From assembly GCA_030265395.1 (NCBI GenBank), contig JARFYF010000094.1:15975103-16039102 (forward strand): 64,000 bases of DNA, written 5' to 3'. The stretch comes from Rhina ancylostomus (Eukaryota). A model generated the notes under the pieces. The model searched no databases. It was not told the origin of the DNA and was given only the letters and a program-made list of their open reading frames with translations. Positions 53,303 to 64,000 of the stretch are shown in pieces. Within the stretch, counting starts at the first letter, position 1. Every line of letters begins with the position of its first letter. The position numbers and the translations under genes were made by a program.

Positions 53303-53747
53303 TGTCATGGTTCTGAGTTCTGGCCCTCATTTGGCTCCATTAATGCCTTGTTGTCCAGCACATGGACTCCATGCTGGACTGNNNNNNNNNNNNNNNNNNN
53401 NNNNNNNNNNNNNNNNNNNNNNNNNNNNNNNNNNNNNNNNNNNNNNNNNNNNNNNNNNNNNNNNNNNNNNNNNNNNNNNNNTCTGGCACTAGTTGCCAGA
53501 GTATTGGTCTACCTTTGGGTATACTTTGGTTCCAGTTGCTTAGAGTGGTTTACTCTAGTGCAGTCCTGTGTTCTCTATTCCTTTTTGAAGATCCAGTTCG
53601 TGTTGGGATTCCTGTTCTGATCTCCGAGTCAAGATTCCTTCCAGTTACTGCCTGCGTTTGTACTGAGGAAGTATCCTGATTCCAGTCTTGTATCAGTGTG
53701 CCGCATTTGGGTTCTCTGTGAGTTTGCTCTCGATCAACATTGTGACA
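53303..53747 (+). mobile_element. Gypsy-type solo LTR with 5-bp TSD
   Basis: Termini TGTCA...TGACA; TSD GTATG at 53298-53302 and 53748-53752; gcatttgggt motif near the 3' end as recalled from fish Gypsy LTRs; internal gap. Confidence 0.85.
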
Positions 53748-54219
53748 GTATGCTGAGTCTGAGACAATTTACTAACCTGCTCATGTTTTGCTCTCCTGAA
53801 ATCACCACATGTCCTTTGAGTTAAGCAGCTGGAAATGTAGATATTATGCTTCCCTCACTTTCTGTCATGGAGGCAATATTCCAATGCTGACTCTTCCGAA
53901 GTTCCAAATTTACACAGCCAAATCCAGACCCCTACCTGGATGGTAAAAATCTATTAATCATTCTTTTTCTTTAAATAATTAATTATGCACACAGGCACCT
54001 TCTTAATGCTGTCTTATATTTATCAACAATACTTGTATGCAATTATCCAATGGCTTTTGAGAAAGAATTATTCCTGTTATTCCCCCAACTAATGTACATT
54101 GTAATTTCCTGAAAGAAAACCATTTAATTTGTCAGATGCAACTTGCTTCTTGAAAGCCTTATACCTACTGCTTTATGCTCTATTCTCCATGGTGGCTAGT
54201 ACTAAATTATGATGGAAAA

Positions 54220-54715
54220 GGGCTTTTAAGATATTAAAGTACACAATGTGACTCTAATAATTCAGTCTAGGTTCCCCAGAATGATACCTAGCTTTAAAAT
54301 GCTAAATTAGGGACCGTTTGCATAAACGTGGCTGGTATTCTGTTAAGCATGGAAAAGTGAGGGATGATTTTATGGTTTAAAATTTATAAAAGAAATTGAT
54401 AAGCTGGATACAGGAAAACACTGGTGGTGAATTGAGAACTAAAGGGCATAATCTTAAAACTAGAGCCATACCTGTTAAGGCTGAAATCAAAAATGATTTC
54501 TCATCAAGGTTTGTAAAAATCTGGGACTCTCCAAAAGGCTATGGATCTTGGATCAATTGAAACTTTCAAGAATGAGGTTGATTAGATTTTTATTAGGGGA
54601 GGGTATCGAGGGATTTGTAGCAAAGGGAAATAAATGGTGTTGAGCTACAAAACAGCATGATGTAATGGAATGATGAATGTTTGATGCACTTAATGGCCTA
54701 TTCCAGTTTCTGTAT
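54220..54715 (+). mobile_element. Old CR1 3' fragment
   Basis: gagaactaaagggcataatcttaaaactagagcca (RTKGHNLK), ctgggactctcc, tail aatggcctattccagtttctgtattct. Confidence 0.7.
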
Positions 54716-56429
54716 TCTGCAGGTCTTGTCAGTAAAGGATCACATTTGTCAGTACACTAAGGAATCTGACCAGCCAGAACTATAAAACATCTCAATTTTA
54801 TGAAGAGTCCTCCATTAAGGCAGTAACCCATCTGACCTTTAGTCAGATACTGACAAACCATTATGTATTTCCAGAACTCTCTTTTGCCTAACTTGCAGAA
54901 GGGGGAGGATTTTCTGTTCCTGGCATTAAGTTCTGAGTTGAGGTGGTATATACTGTGTAAGAAGAAACCCAAGTCAGTAAACAAATTTTACTGCTATTCT
55001 GCTATGTTTAAATCAGTTCCAACAGGTGCTAACTGCTAGTTTCTACTTGAATAAAAAAAATAGCTGGTAGACTGTATTCACAGACTCTGTGAGCCATTGC
55101 AAGTTTGGGATTTGCAAAAAATCGTGGATGCGTAAGATTGTTTATTTTAGTACAACAAAAAGCTTAATATACCTTTCATTTTTGAACCAGGAGAGCCACA
55201 TATGTTTATTCTAAATCAATTTGTGTGGCATCTCATCTTGTGATGTAATAACATCACGTGTGTAACTGGCTTCTTTGGTCAATAAAGCAGTTTTCACTCG
55301 TGAAGAAACATAAAATATGGAATGATAATATATGCACTGCAGTTGCAACCATCCATTTTGTGCTTATTAGGCAAAACCCAACTTCTGTCTTGAACTGTAG
55401 AAACTCTTATTAAAACTATAAAAGCACAGGACTCTGGATACTGGAAATCTGAAACAAAAATAGGAAAGGGTAATAAAGCACAGCAACAGGCCAAGCGACA
55501 TTGGTGAAGAGAGGAAAAACAACTAAAGTTTGTTTGTTTATTCAAGNNNNNNNNNNNNGTTTAGTTTTCAATGGTTTGTGCTGTCACTGTTGAAATATTT
55601 GCTGGATTGACTGCAGCATTGGGGGGAAGTCATATGCCCTTTGATATTCTCTTCATCTCTGCCATACCAAGTATGCCTGTTTATCAACCCACGGAGTCTG
55701 CATATAAGTACTGCTTACAGAACAGTGACATGCCCAATTGTCTGCAGTGTCCTCTGGATACAAAAAAAACCCAAAAAATCTGAGGAGTTCTCTTGTCAAG
55801 ATCACTTCCACACTGAGGGGGTGAAGCACATTGTTTTCTCATGCATCCAGTTCCATAGAAGTAAAATTTATTTGATGATCAGTTTTAAAAATTCAGTAAA
55901 TTTGTGCAGATTGTCCAATGACTCCTTGCAGCTATCCTTCTCTCCCCACTTGCTTGTGTACACACACATACTTTGAAATAAGTTCAGCTCAATGCTGCTT
56001 TGGAAATATCCCAAAATAATGGAAATTCAATTGAATTGTTCTCATTTAGACAGTTGTTAACTGGCTATAGAACATAAAAACAGAAATAAAGCTGACAAAC
56101 GAACAAAACTACTTTGCCTTGAAACATTGCAAAAGTTGACTCCCTCCTGAGAGATCCATTGATGTCGTGCAGCTAGTTAATCAAACTGGAAATGAGCATT
56201 TGTCCAGCTTTCAAGAAATCATTTGGGCAGAATGACATAAATTGTCCTATTGTTTCATAGGAATAATTATCAGCTTTCCACGACAAATAAAACTCTGGAG
56301 TGTTCTTCCTATAACCTGAAGAAATAGCTTGCAAAAGCCAATTTCCATCCTTTATTTATGCCCTGTGGTTTTAAGAAAAAAATAATTTATTCAAAGCTCT
56401 GTGGGTTTTGAACTTTTGAGATGTAAGCC

Positions 56430-56750
56430 TTCCAACATAGAACAGTATGGGCCCTTCAGCCCACAATGTTGTGCCAACCTACGTATGTAAACCTATTCCA
56501 TGATCAATCTAACCCTTCCCTCCTACACAGCCTATACCCTCTGTTTTTCTTACATCCATGTACTTATCTTAAGAGTCGTTTAAATATTACTATTGTATAA
56601 GCCTCTACCACCACCCCGGGCACTAACATCCAGGCACCCACCACTCTCTGTGTAAAAAGCCTACCTCTGACATCTCCCCTAAACTTTCCTCCACTCACCT
56701 TAAATGGATGTCCTCTGGTTTGACCATTGCCGCTGCTCTGGGGGAGAAAG
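56430..56750 (-). mobile_element. CR1 3' end, same subfamily as 35685-36330
   Basis: aacatagaacagta..ggcccttcagcccacaatgttgtg...cctacctctgacatctcccctaaac...ttaaatggatgtcctctgg. Confidence 0.9.
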
Positions 56751-57374
56751 ACCTTACGTTTATCCGTGGTAAATTCTTTGCTTATTGTTCAGACCACATG
56801 TATATATTGTCTTGGTAGCCCCATTATTTCCTCATTGCTTCAGCAGAATTCTTTTGATTCTTTACCTGCTGATTGTGAAACAGTTTGTGAATCTGAATAA
56901 ATTTGCATTGAGTTTCTGATATTTTGTATAAATTTGTGGCAGGTAAGTGTTTTGCTCGGACATTTTACTCTGTAAAGCCCCTTACTGTCATTCCAAATAC
57001 AACCTGTTATTTTCTCCATTATGCCAACTCTTTATTTATTCATCTTATCTGAAAGGTAGAAAGGATACGTGACGAATCAAAAGCACCCAATGCAGAAACA
57101 ATGTAACCACATATTGTTTACTTGGTCCATGGCTATGCATCTTCTTGGGAAATATAGAAGGGCAAAGAAATCAGGGGAATTCCCCACTAACCAGTTAGGT
57201 AGTCAAATGAGCTTCACACATTGTAGTAATATGTGAATTCCATGATTCGACACTACCCTGAAGCAAACTTGTGGGAGAGCAGAATCAAGAATGAATGGCT
57301 GCTTGGCAACCTTTTGTATTTGATATCTTCACCTGGACAGAATGGTTCAAGGGAACATACCAGATCAAGTTCTT

Positions 57375-57547
57375 AGGTACACAAGAGACTTCAGATGCTG
57401 GAACCAGGAGCAAAAAATAAATAAATTTCTGCAAGAACTCAGTTGGCCCTGATACAGCGTCTCAATTCCAAACATCAATCATCCTTTTTGCCTTCACAGA
57501 TGCTACTTGACCTGCTGAGCTCTTCCAGCAGTTTATTTAATTTTGAC
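57375..57547. mobile_element. 173-bp Penelope-derived inverted pLTR insert with 10-bp TSD
   Basis: TCAAGTTCTT at 57365-57374 and 57548-57557; left part is the reverse complement of the pLTR end, right part is a forward pLTR with decayed hammerhead ctgatacagcgtctcaattccaaacatcaa. Confidence 0.75.
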
Positions 57548-58459
57548 TCAAGTTCTTGGATATTAGCCGTTTATTTCTTCTAACCTATTCCCAGTGTGCA
57601 CCTCTGGACTATAAAACATTAGCAATAGATTCATCAGCAATGATTTTACATTCAGTCGTATGAGTCAATGCGAGTTCTTCCGAAGGAAAATCCAGTTTGT
57701 CCCACTCTCCTGCAATTATATCATGTCCTTGCAATTTATTTCATGTTCAAGCATTTATTTAATTGCCATTCAAAAATTACTGCAGAATATGTATTCACCA
57801 TAATGTCTATAATGCCTCGCACTCCAACTGTCCTCTTTACAATCATTCATTTAGCCATCTGTGAAGGCCCTGAGAGCTGTTTACTGGGAAGCATCATTAT
57901 ATAATGCAAAGGATTTCAAGGTGATGATGCCACTCCTTCATGTGAATGACTACAGAGAAAACTTCTGGAGCATTTTCCTAAAACATCATTGGACACTATT
58001 GAAAGAAATTGTACTTAGTTTTCTTCACTATTATCCAACTATCTTAAAAAAAAATATTACAAAGGCAGTAAATGATTTTTTTTCCACTTTAAACTTGTTC
58101 TAGCTCCTCAGAAGTGGGCAACAAGATAGATCGACATTTAAATTTCTGAGAGGGAAAGGATAGGTAGAAGAGTAGGTCAGAGGTCACATCAGCTGAAAAT
58201 GACAGCTTTTTGGGAACCTACCTCTACTCTGTTGACTTGAACACACAAACAACCTACTTTGGAGACTTGGGTTGCCAATTTCACTCTGTTAATAGTTCCT
58301 TTTGTGTGTTTTTTAATCAGAGTTTGAAACTTGAATTCAGTATGTGCAGGTTTTCAAGCTGCTTGAAACTTAACCAATGAAAGCAAAGTGAGAATACAGT
58401 GCCAAGGGAGAGGGATGGAAATTTAATAATAAGTATCATGTCACAGCCCTGTTGTCTTG

Positions 58460-58590
58460 AATGATTCTGGAGGAAATCAGAGCACTAGTGAGAAATCATG
58501 AAGTCACAGAGAACATGCAAACTCCACATGGAAAGCACTGGAGATCAGTATCGAACCTGGGTCACTGAATCTATGAGACAGCTGCACCAC
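58460..58590 (-). mobile_element. V-SINE 5' half
   Basis: Minus strand ggtggtgcagctg, gacccaggttcgatact (B box), gtggagtttgcatgttctc. Confidence 0.75.
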
Positions 58591-59159
58591 CAAGTGTACA
58601 CTTCAACACATGCGAACAAGTGCTGAACCTATATTTAAGAGCCTTGATAATATGAACTGAAGCTCATCATAATTAAGTCTAATCCTGTTTTTAGCAAATG
58701 TTAGTACAGTAGATGTTGATCCAGAATAGCAATCGGAATAGGAAACCTGGCTGACTGCAGGTTGACTTGGCTCTACCCCACTAACTTGGGTACTGAATCA
58801 ACTTTTGGAATCTCCACTATTGGTACCGAGATCAGCTAACTTCATGCTATGCTAAGAATCAATAACAGCTCAAATTTATATAACGTACTTATTGTTCTAA
58901 AATGTTCTTTTTGGGAAACTCTTTGGGGGAAAAATTGGCACTAAGCCAAAAAAGATGTTCTGATAGATGTCTAAAAGCTTTGTCAAAGAGGTAGGTTTAC
59001 GTGAACATAGTAATAGAGGTGAAGCAGCAATATATATCAAAGGAATGCTCCAGGCTGAATTCTTGAAAATGGAGGGTAGGGCCACCACTGGTGGTGAAAG
59101 GAAGTTGGGCATACACAATATAACAATGTTAAGGAATGCAGTATTTTCAGAGATTTGCA

Positions 59160-60165
59160 GGATCAGAGTCAGCAGCACTGACGTATGCCATGAAATTTGT
59201 TGTTTTGTGGCAGCAATGCAGTGCAAGGCATAAATATATAAAAATTACTATATATTACCAAAATAAATAAATAGTGCAAAAGAGGAATAACAAGGTAGTG
59301 TTCATGGACCATTCAGAAATCTGATGACAGGGGNNNNNNNNNNNNNNNNNNNNNNNNNNNNNNNNNNNNNNNNNNNNNNNNNNNNNNNNNNNNNNNNNNN
59401 NNNNNNNNNNNNNNNNNNNNNNNNNNNNNNNNNNNNNNNNNNNNNNNNNNNNNNNNNNNNNNNNNNNNNNNNNNNNNNNNNNNNNNNNNNNNNNNNNNNN
59501 NNNNNNNNNNNNNNNNNNNNNNNNNNNNNNNNNNNNNNNNNNNNNNNNNNNNNNNNNNNNNNNNNNNNNNNNNNNNNNNNNNNNNNNNNNNNNNNNNNNN
59601 NNNNNNNNNNNNNNNNNNNNNNNNNNNNNNNNNNNNNNNNNNNNNNNNNNNNNNNNNNNNNNNNNNNNNNNNNNNNNNNNNNNNNNNNNNNNNNNNNNNN
59701 NNNNNNNNNNNNNNNNNNNNNNNNNNNNNNNNNNNNNNNNNNNNNNNNNNNNNNNNNNNNNNNNNNNNNNNNNNNNNNNNNNNNNNNNNNNNNNNNNNNN
59801 NNNNNNNNNNNNNNNNNNNNNNNNNNNNNNNNNNNNNNNNNNNNNNNNNNNNNNNNNNNNNNNNNNNNNNNNNNNNNNNNNNNNNNNNNNNNNNNNNNNN
59901 NNNNNNNNNNNNNNNNNNNNNNNNNNNNNNNNNNNNNNNNNNNNNNNNNNNNNNNNNNNNNNNNNNNNNNNNNNNNNNNNNNNNNNNNNNNNNNNNNNNN
60001 NNNNNNNNNNNNNNNNNNNCTACACGGTCGTGAGTGGAGAGAGCGTAGAGCAGTGGGCTAAGCAGGCCTATGTTAATTGTTAGCAAGGAGGAGATGTTGC
60101 TACAGATCCGCACTGACTGTGGTCTGCTGATAAGGATGTTGAGGATCCAGTTGCAGAGGGATGTG
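59160..60165 (-). mobile_element. Rex1/Babar LINE (mostly gap), inserted in an L2-like remnant
   Basis: [32 protein letters not shown] after the gap; 3' UTR as at 26946; L2-like flanks at ~58880-59130 and ~60170-60330. Confidence 0.82.
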
Positions 60166-63100
60166 GATGAGGTTATAGAAATAAGAGGGACTAGACCAGA
60201 GACTGATTTAAGACAAGGATGAGAATTCAAAGTTCATCACACTGATGACAAAAAGCCAATATAGTTTACCAAGTTCAGGCAATGTGGATGTACCAAGCTT
60301 TTGGTGCATTTTAGCATAAGAACAGCTGATTTAAATCATTGTGGAATATTTGGTTTAGAATACATACCCTCTAAACCATTGGGTTGGTTCTTGTACATTT
60401 GAAATTTAAAATTTGGCAAGGTGAATGGAAATTCACTAAATTTTGTATCAGATTTTCATCCAATATTTATTTATCTTCACTCTATTTATTGTTTTGAATG
60501 CTGTTTCCAAATTGATTTTTTTCTTATTTCTTTGTCTTCTTCTTTGTCACTTGGTCTTGTTCCTTTTTGGATTATGGAGATTTTCCTGAGTTCCAACTGA
60601 GAGTGCAGTACAGCTATTGAAGTGTTCCTATCATTATTTCCAACATACAGTTTCAGTTTTGTTCTTTTGGTCTTGCCATTTCTTACATGTAGATTTGTGC
60701 CAGTTCATAAATGAATATGAATTATGAGTTATAGCCAGGAATTTTTACAAGAAAACACTTGACAAAATACGATGCATCGATGCTGGTATGACTTATGTTA
60801 TAAAAGCATATGATTTTGCAACATAAGGTCATTGGTTTTATTGCTGTAAATATATGGGATNNNNNNNNNNNNNNNNNNNNNNNNNNNNNNNTGATATATG
60901 GGTTGAAAATTTTCCTTTTTATTTTCTGGACTGCAGTTTATATTGAGCATGAATGAAGAAAATTATGCTAAATATTTAGAAACTTAAAACATTGACTTCA
61001 TCAATGACAGTTTTCATGTCGGGATAGAAGCTCCAGTCTTTTCCGTGTTGGAAATTAGAATCTAGGTGAAGAGGTCAAACAATCTGTAGTCTATTATTGG
61101 TGGAAAAAATATACTTACTTTGCAGTGGAATATCACATGATATTCCACTTATCACATGATTTGAATTCCACTTCCTAAATCTTTTCTTTCAACGCTTTCT
61201 GAATGAGTTGCAATACGTACCTTTTATGTTTTCTAGAAATGTTATGTGCATTTCACAGCAGCTCATATCAGTTTTATCAAGGAGCTCCAGGCTTTAATTT
61301 TCTGTGATGTGCGTTTCCAAGGCCAAGCATGATCTTGCAGTTAGTTTATACAAATCATAGAATATCCCTTTTTCTTATGTTATGCAACCATATCTGTTTC
61401 TAAATGTGCACAAATTATGTGAAGGACAAATCAAAGTGCTCTCAAATTGTTATTTAAATTCATGATCAGGCTGTTGGTGACATTTGTGAAGACTGCCATT
61501 ATTAGCAAAATGGGTTGTTATCATAGGGCTTAATACAAAATGGATTCCTCAATTGCTCATGATTTCTTAGCAGACAGTCCAGATAAAGGAAATCTGCCAG
61601 TGTTCTGTATACTAAAGTTATGAAGATGGCATAATTAACTACTGAACAACACCCATTGGCTATCAAGGCACAATAGCCCAAATCTGAAGTGGGATTCCAT
61701 TTTATTTTTTCAGAACCATGGGGACAAAATAAACACGTTGTATAAGTTACCAATTTTATGAACCTTTTATGTTCTAAGCCAGAAGTGTACCTTGTTTTCA
61801 GCTTGCATACCACAGAACCACACAGTAAATTGAAACTTAGCTCCCAATAACTTGCATATATCTCAAGCTTCAGAAACTAAAAGATTTTGGTGTGACGATA
61901 TTCAGGTAACATCTGTAAGTCTAAGCATACATCTCAAGACTTATGAAATTCAATAGAAGAAATTAGTAAAAATTAAATATAACCATGGGTATTATTTCAT
62001 TGCCAGGACTTGCAGATTGTTAAAGCCCAGAATTTGAACTTCTGTAAAAGTGGATTATCATAGTGACAACCATGAGGCTGAAGGTAATTCACTTGCAAAT
62101 TCAGCTTGTGTGTTTGGAAATTTATTATTTCTGAGAAATTTCCTTTGGACTATGCAGATGAACAAGTGTAGGGCATGTCTTTATAGCAAGCACTTTATTC
62201 ACTCCTGTCCAGAATACAATACGCTAGTCAAACTGAAACATTCTTTGTAGTTAGAATATACTTAAGAATCACAGAACCCTCAAACTAAGAATACAAACAT
62301 TAATTGGAAGAAATTACCACAAAGCCATCGAGTGCCATCTACACAGCTATTTTAGCTGATTTGGACTCAGAAAGCTTTTGGTTAAAGATTTAGTTGCCAG
62401 GGTTCTTGAGAGCTGGCCAATTTCTGGAAAAATATTGGTTACTTGGTTATCATTGTATCTGCGGTGATATGAAATTATGATGACCAGCCTAAAAAGAATC
62501 AGATTTGAAGCACTGGGCATTAGAGATCATTTAAAATGCAACTCCTGTCTCCCATGGAATGAACAATCATAGGGTAAAGGATGTATCTACACAAAGCAGC
62601 AAAAAGAACATGGTAAAAAAAATCTCAAATTATATTGTTAGNNNNNNNNNNNNNNNNNNNNNNNNNNNNNNNNNNNNNNNNNNNNNNNNNNNNNNNNNNN
62701 NNNNNNNNNNNNNNNNNNNNNNNNNNNNNNNNNNNNNNNNNTTAAATTTCTGTGCAACAAATAGGTTAATTTGGGGTTTAAAATGGGTGGCGTGGACTTG
62801 TTGGGCCAGAAGGGCCTGTTACCATGCTGCAAATAAATTTTAATTAATTAATCAATTTGACGGCCAATCTCTCAGGTTTTATAGGCTAATGTAAAGCCAA
62901 CCTATTGTTTCCTAATAAGCATCCTCAACATCATTGTTCTGAAGAGTGAACAGTAGTGAGATCCTTGCTTTTTGCTGTAGTTTGCTTCCCCTGCTGATTT
63001 GGATTGCAGAACTTCCTTCTGCAATACTCGCGTGCCTTTTATTTTGTGGAGCCTGTACTTTTTATGTTATGGGTGGATTTCTGAGCACCAAAGCAGTTAA

Positions 63101-63619
63101 CAACTGACAAGAATTAATCAGATACCTGATCCAGCAAAACAATATCCTGCTACGGGGGTCAATGGAATATCACTGGAGAAATTAGCCAGTAAATCTGTTG
63201 GGTAACTTCATGGAATGAGTTACTGTACGGTGATGTAAATGAATTATTTCTTCATTTTGCAATGTAATTGGAATGTGATATTGGATTGGTACATTTTGGA
63301 CCATATTATTTCCTCTTATTGCCATAGATATTTTTGGATTGGGAAGCTTGCTGTTGGCAATTTGCCAACAGACTTGCATAATATTTTGTACATTGTAAAT
63401 GGCTTCAGGCTTGTTATGCTATTGTTCAGAATCTGCAATTAATTTAATCTTGGTTTCTATTCTCTTACTCTTTGATCTCATGTATATTCAATTGTTTAGC
63501 AGGATTTTTCATTTTAACCATCATACCCTTAATAAAGCTCTTCCTGCAACTATGCTACTTAATAAAAGCAGCAGCAACACTAGGTACCATGTGGTCTTGT
63601 ATTTCTCTATGACAGAGAA

Positions 63620-63935
63620 GGAGGCCATTGGGCACATTGAGTTCAAGCTGGCTCCCAGAGCACACTCCCATTCCCTCTCTTCTTCCACCCCCCCAACATT
63701 TTTTTCTCTCATGTGACATCAACACATCAACTCACCTTTTTCTCCTGCTACTTAGCTACACTATTGGCAATTTACAGTAGCCATTTAACCTGCCAGTACA
63801 CAGTTGGGTTGTGGGAGGAAATTGGAACACCTGCGGAAAATCAGATGGTCACAGGGTGAATATGCAAGCTCCGCACAGACAGCCCCCAAGGTTAGGATTG
63901 AGCCTGGGTCATTGGAATTCTGCAGCAACAACACT
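63620..63935 (-). mobile_element. V-SINE (HE1-like)
   Basis: Minus strand gacccaggctcaatcctaacc (B box), gtgcggagcttgcatattcaccctgtgacc, atttcctcccacaacccaa, ggcaggttaaatggctactgtaaattg. Confidence 0.82.
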
Positions 63936-64000
63936 AGGTAGAAAGAGTGTGTGCAGGAGTGATGACCCTTATGCTGTTAAATGTTCTTAATTGGCATTCT

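Noticed and set aside
59313-60230. Long ORFs here and at 8080-8625 and 30334-30929
   Set aside because: Almost entirely X residues from N runs

Overview
Eukaryotic, AT-rich, CpG-depleted draft-assembly sequence with many N gaps. The repeat repertoire points to a cartilaginous fish (shark, ray or skate; inference): HER1-like CR1 LINEs, HE1-type V-SINEs, SacSINE1-like DeuSINEs, Rex1/Babar, RTE and Penelope-like elements. I could not identify any host protein-coding exon, so the window looks intronic or intergenic. Recognisable ORFs are decayed retrotransposon fragments, and the longest ORFs are read-throughs of N runs. I found no evidence of a new multi-gene system. The most interesting signals are: (i) short TSD-flanked Penelope-derived inserts carrying a minimal type-I hammerhead ribozyme core; (ii) two adjacent minisatellites (37-bp and 14-bp units) sharing a 10-bp splice-donor-like core in opposite orientations; (iii) a 139-bp inverted, locally templated insertion resembling a DNA-repair scar; (iv) two solo LTRs with intact TSDs; (v) a CR1 remnant retaining its 5' region and ORF1 esterase. 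Family names come from remembered consensus motifs, not database searches. Element boundaries are approximate unless a TSD is given.
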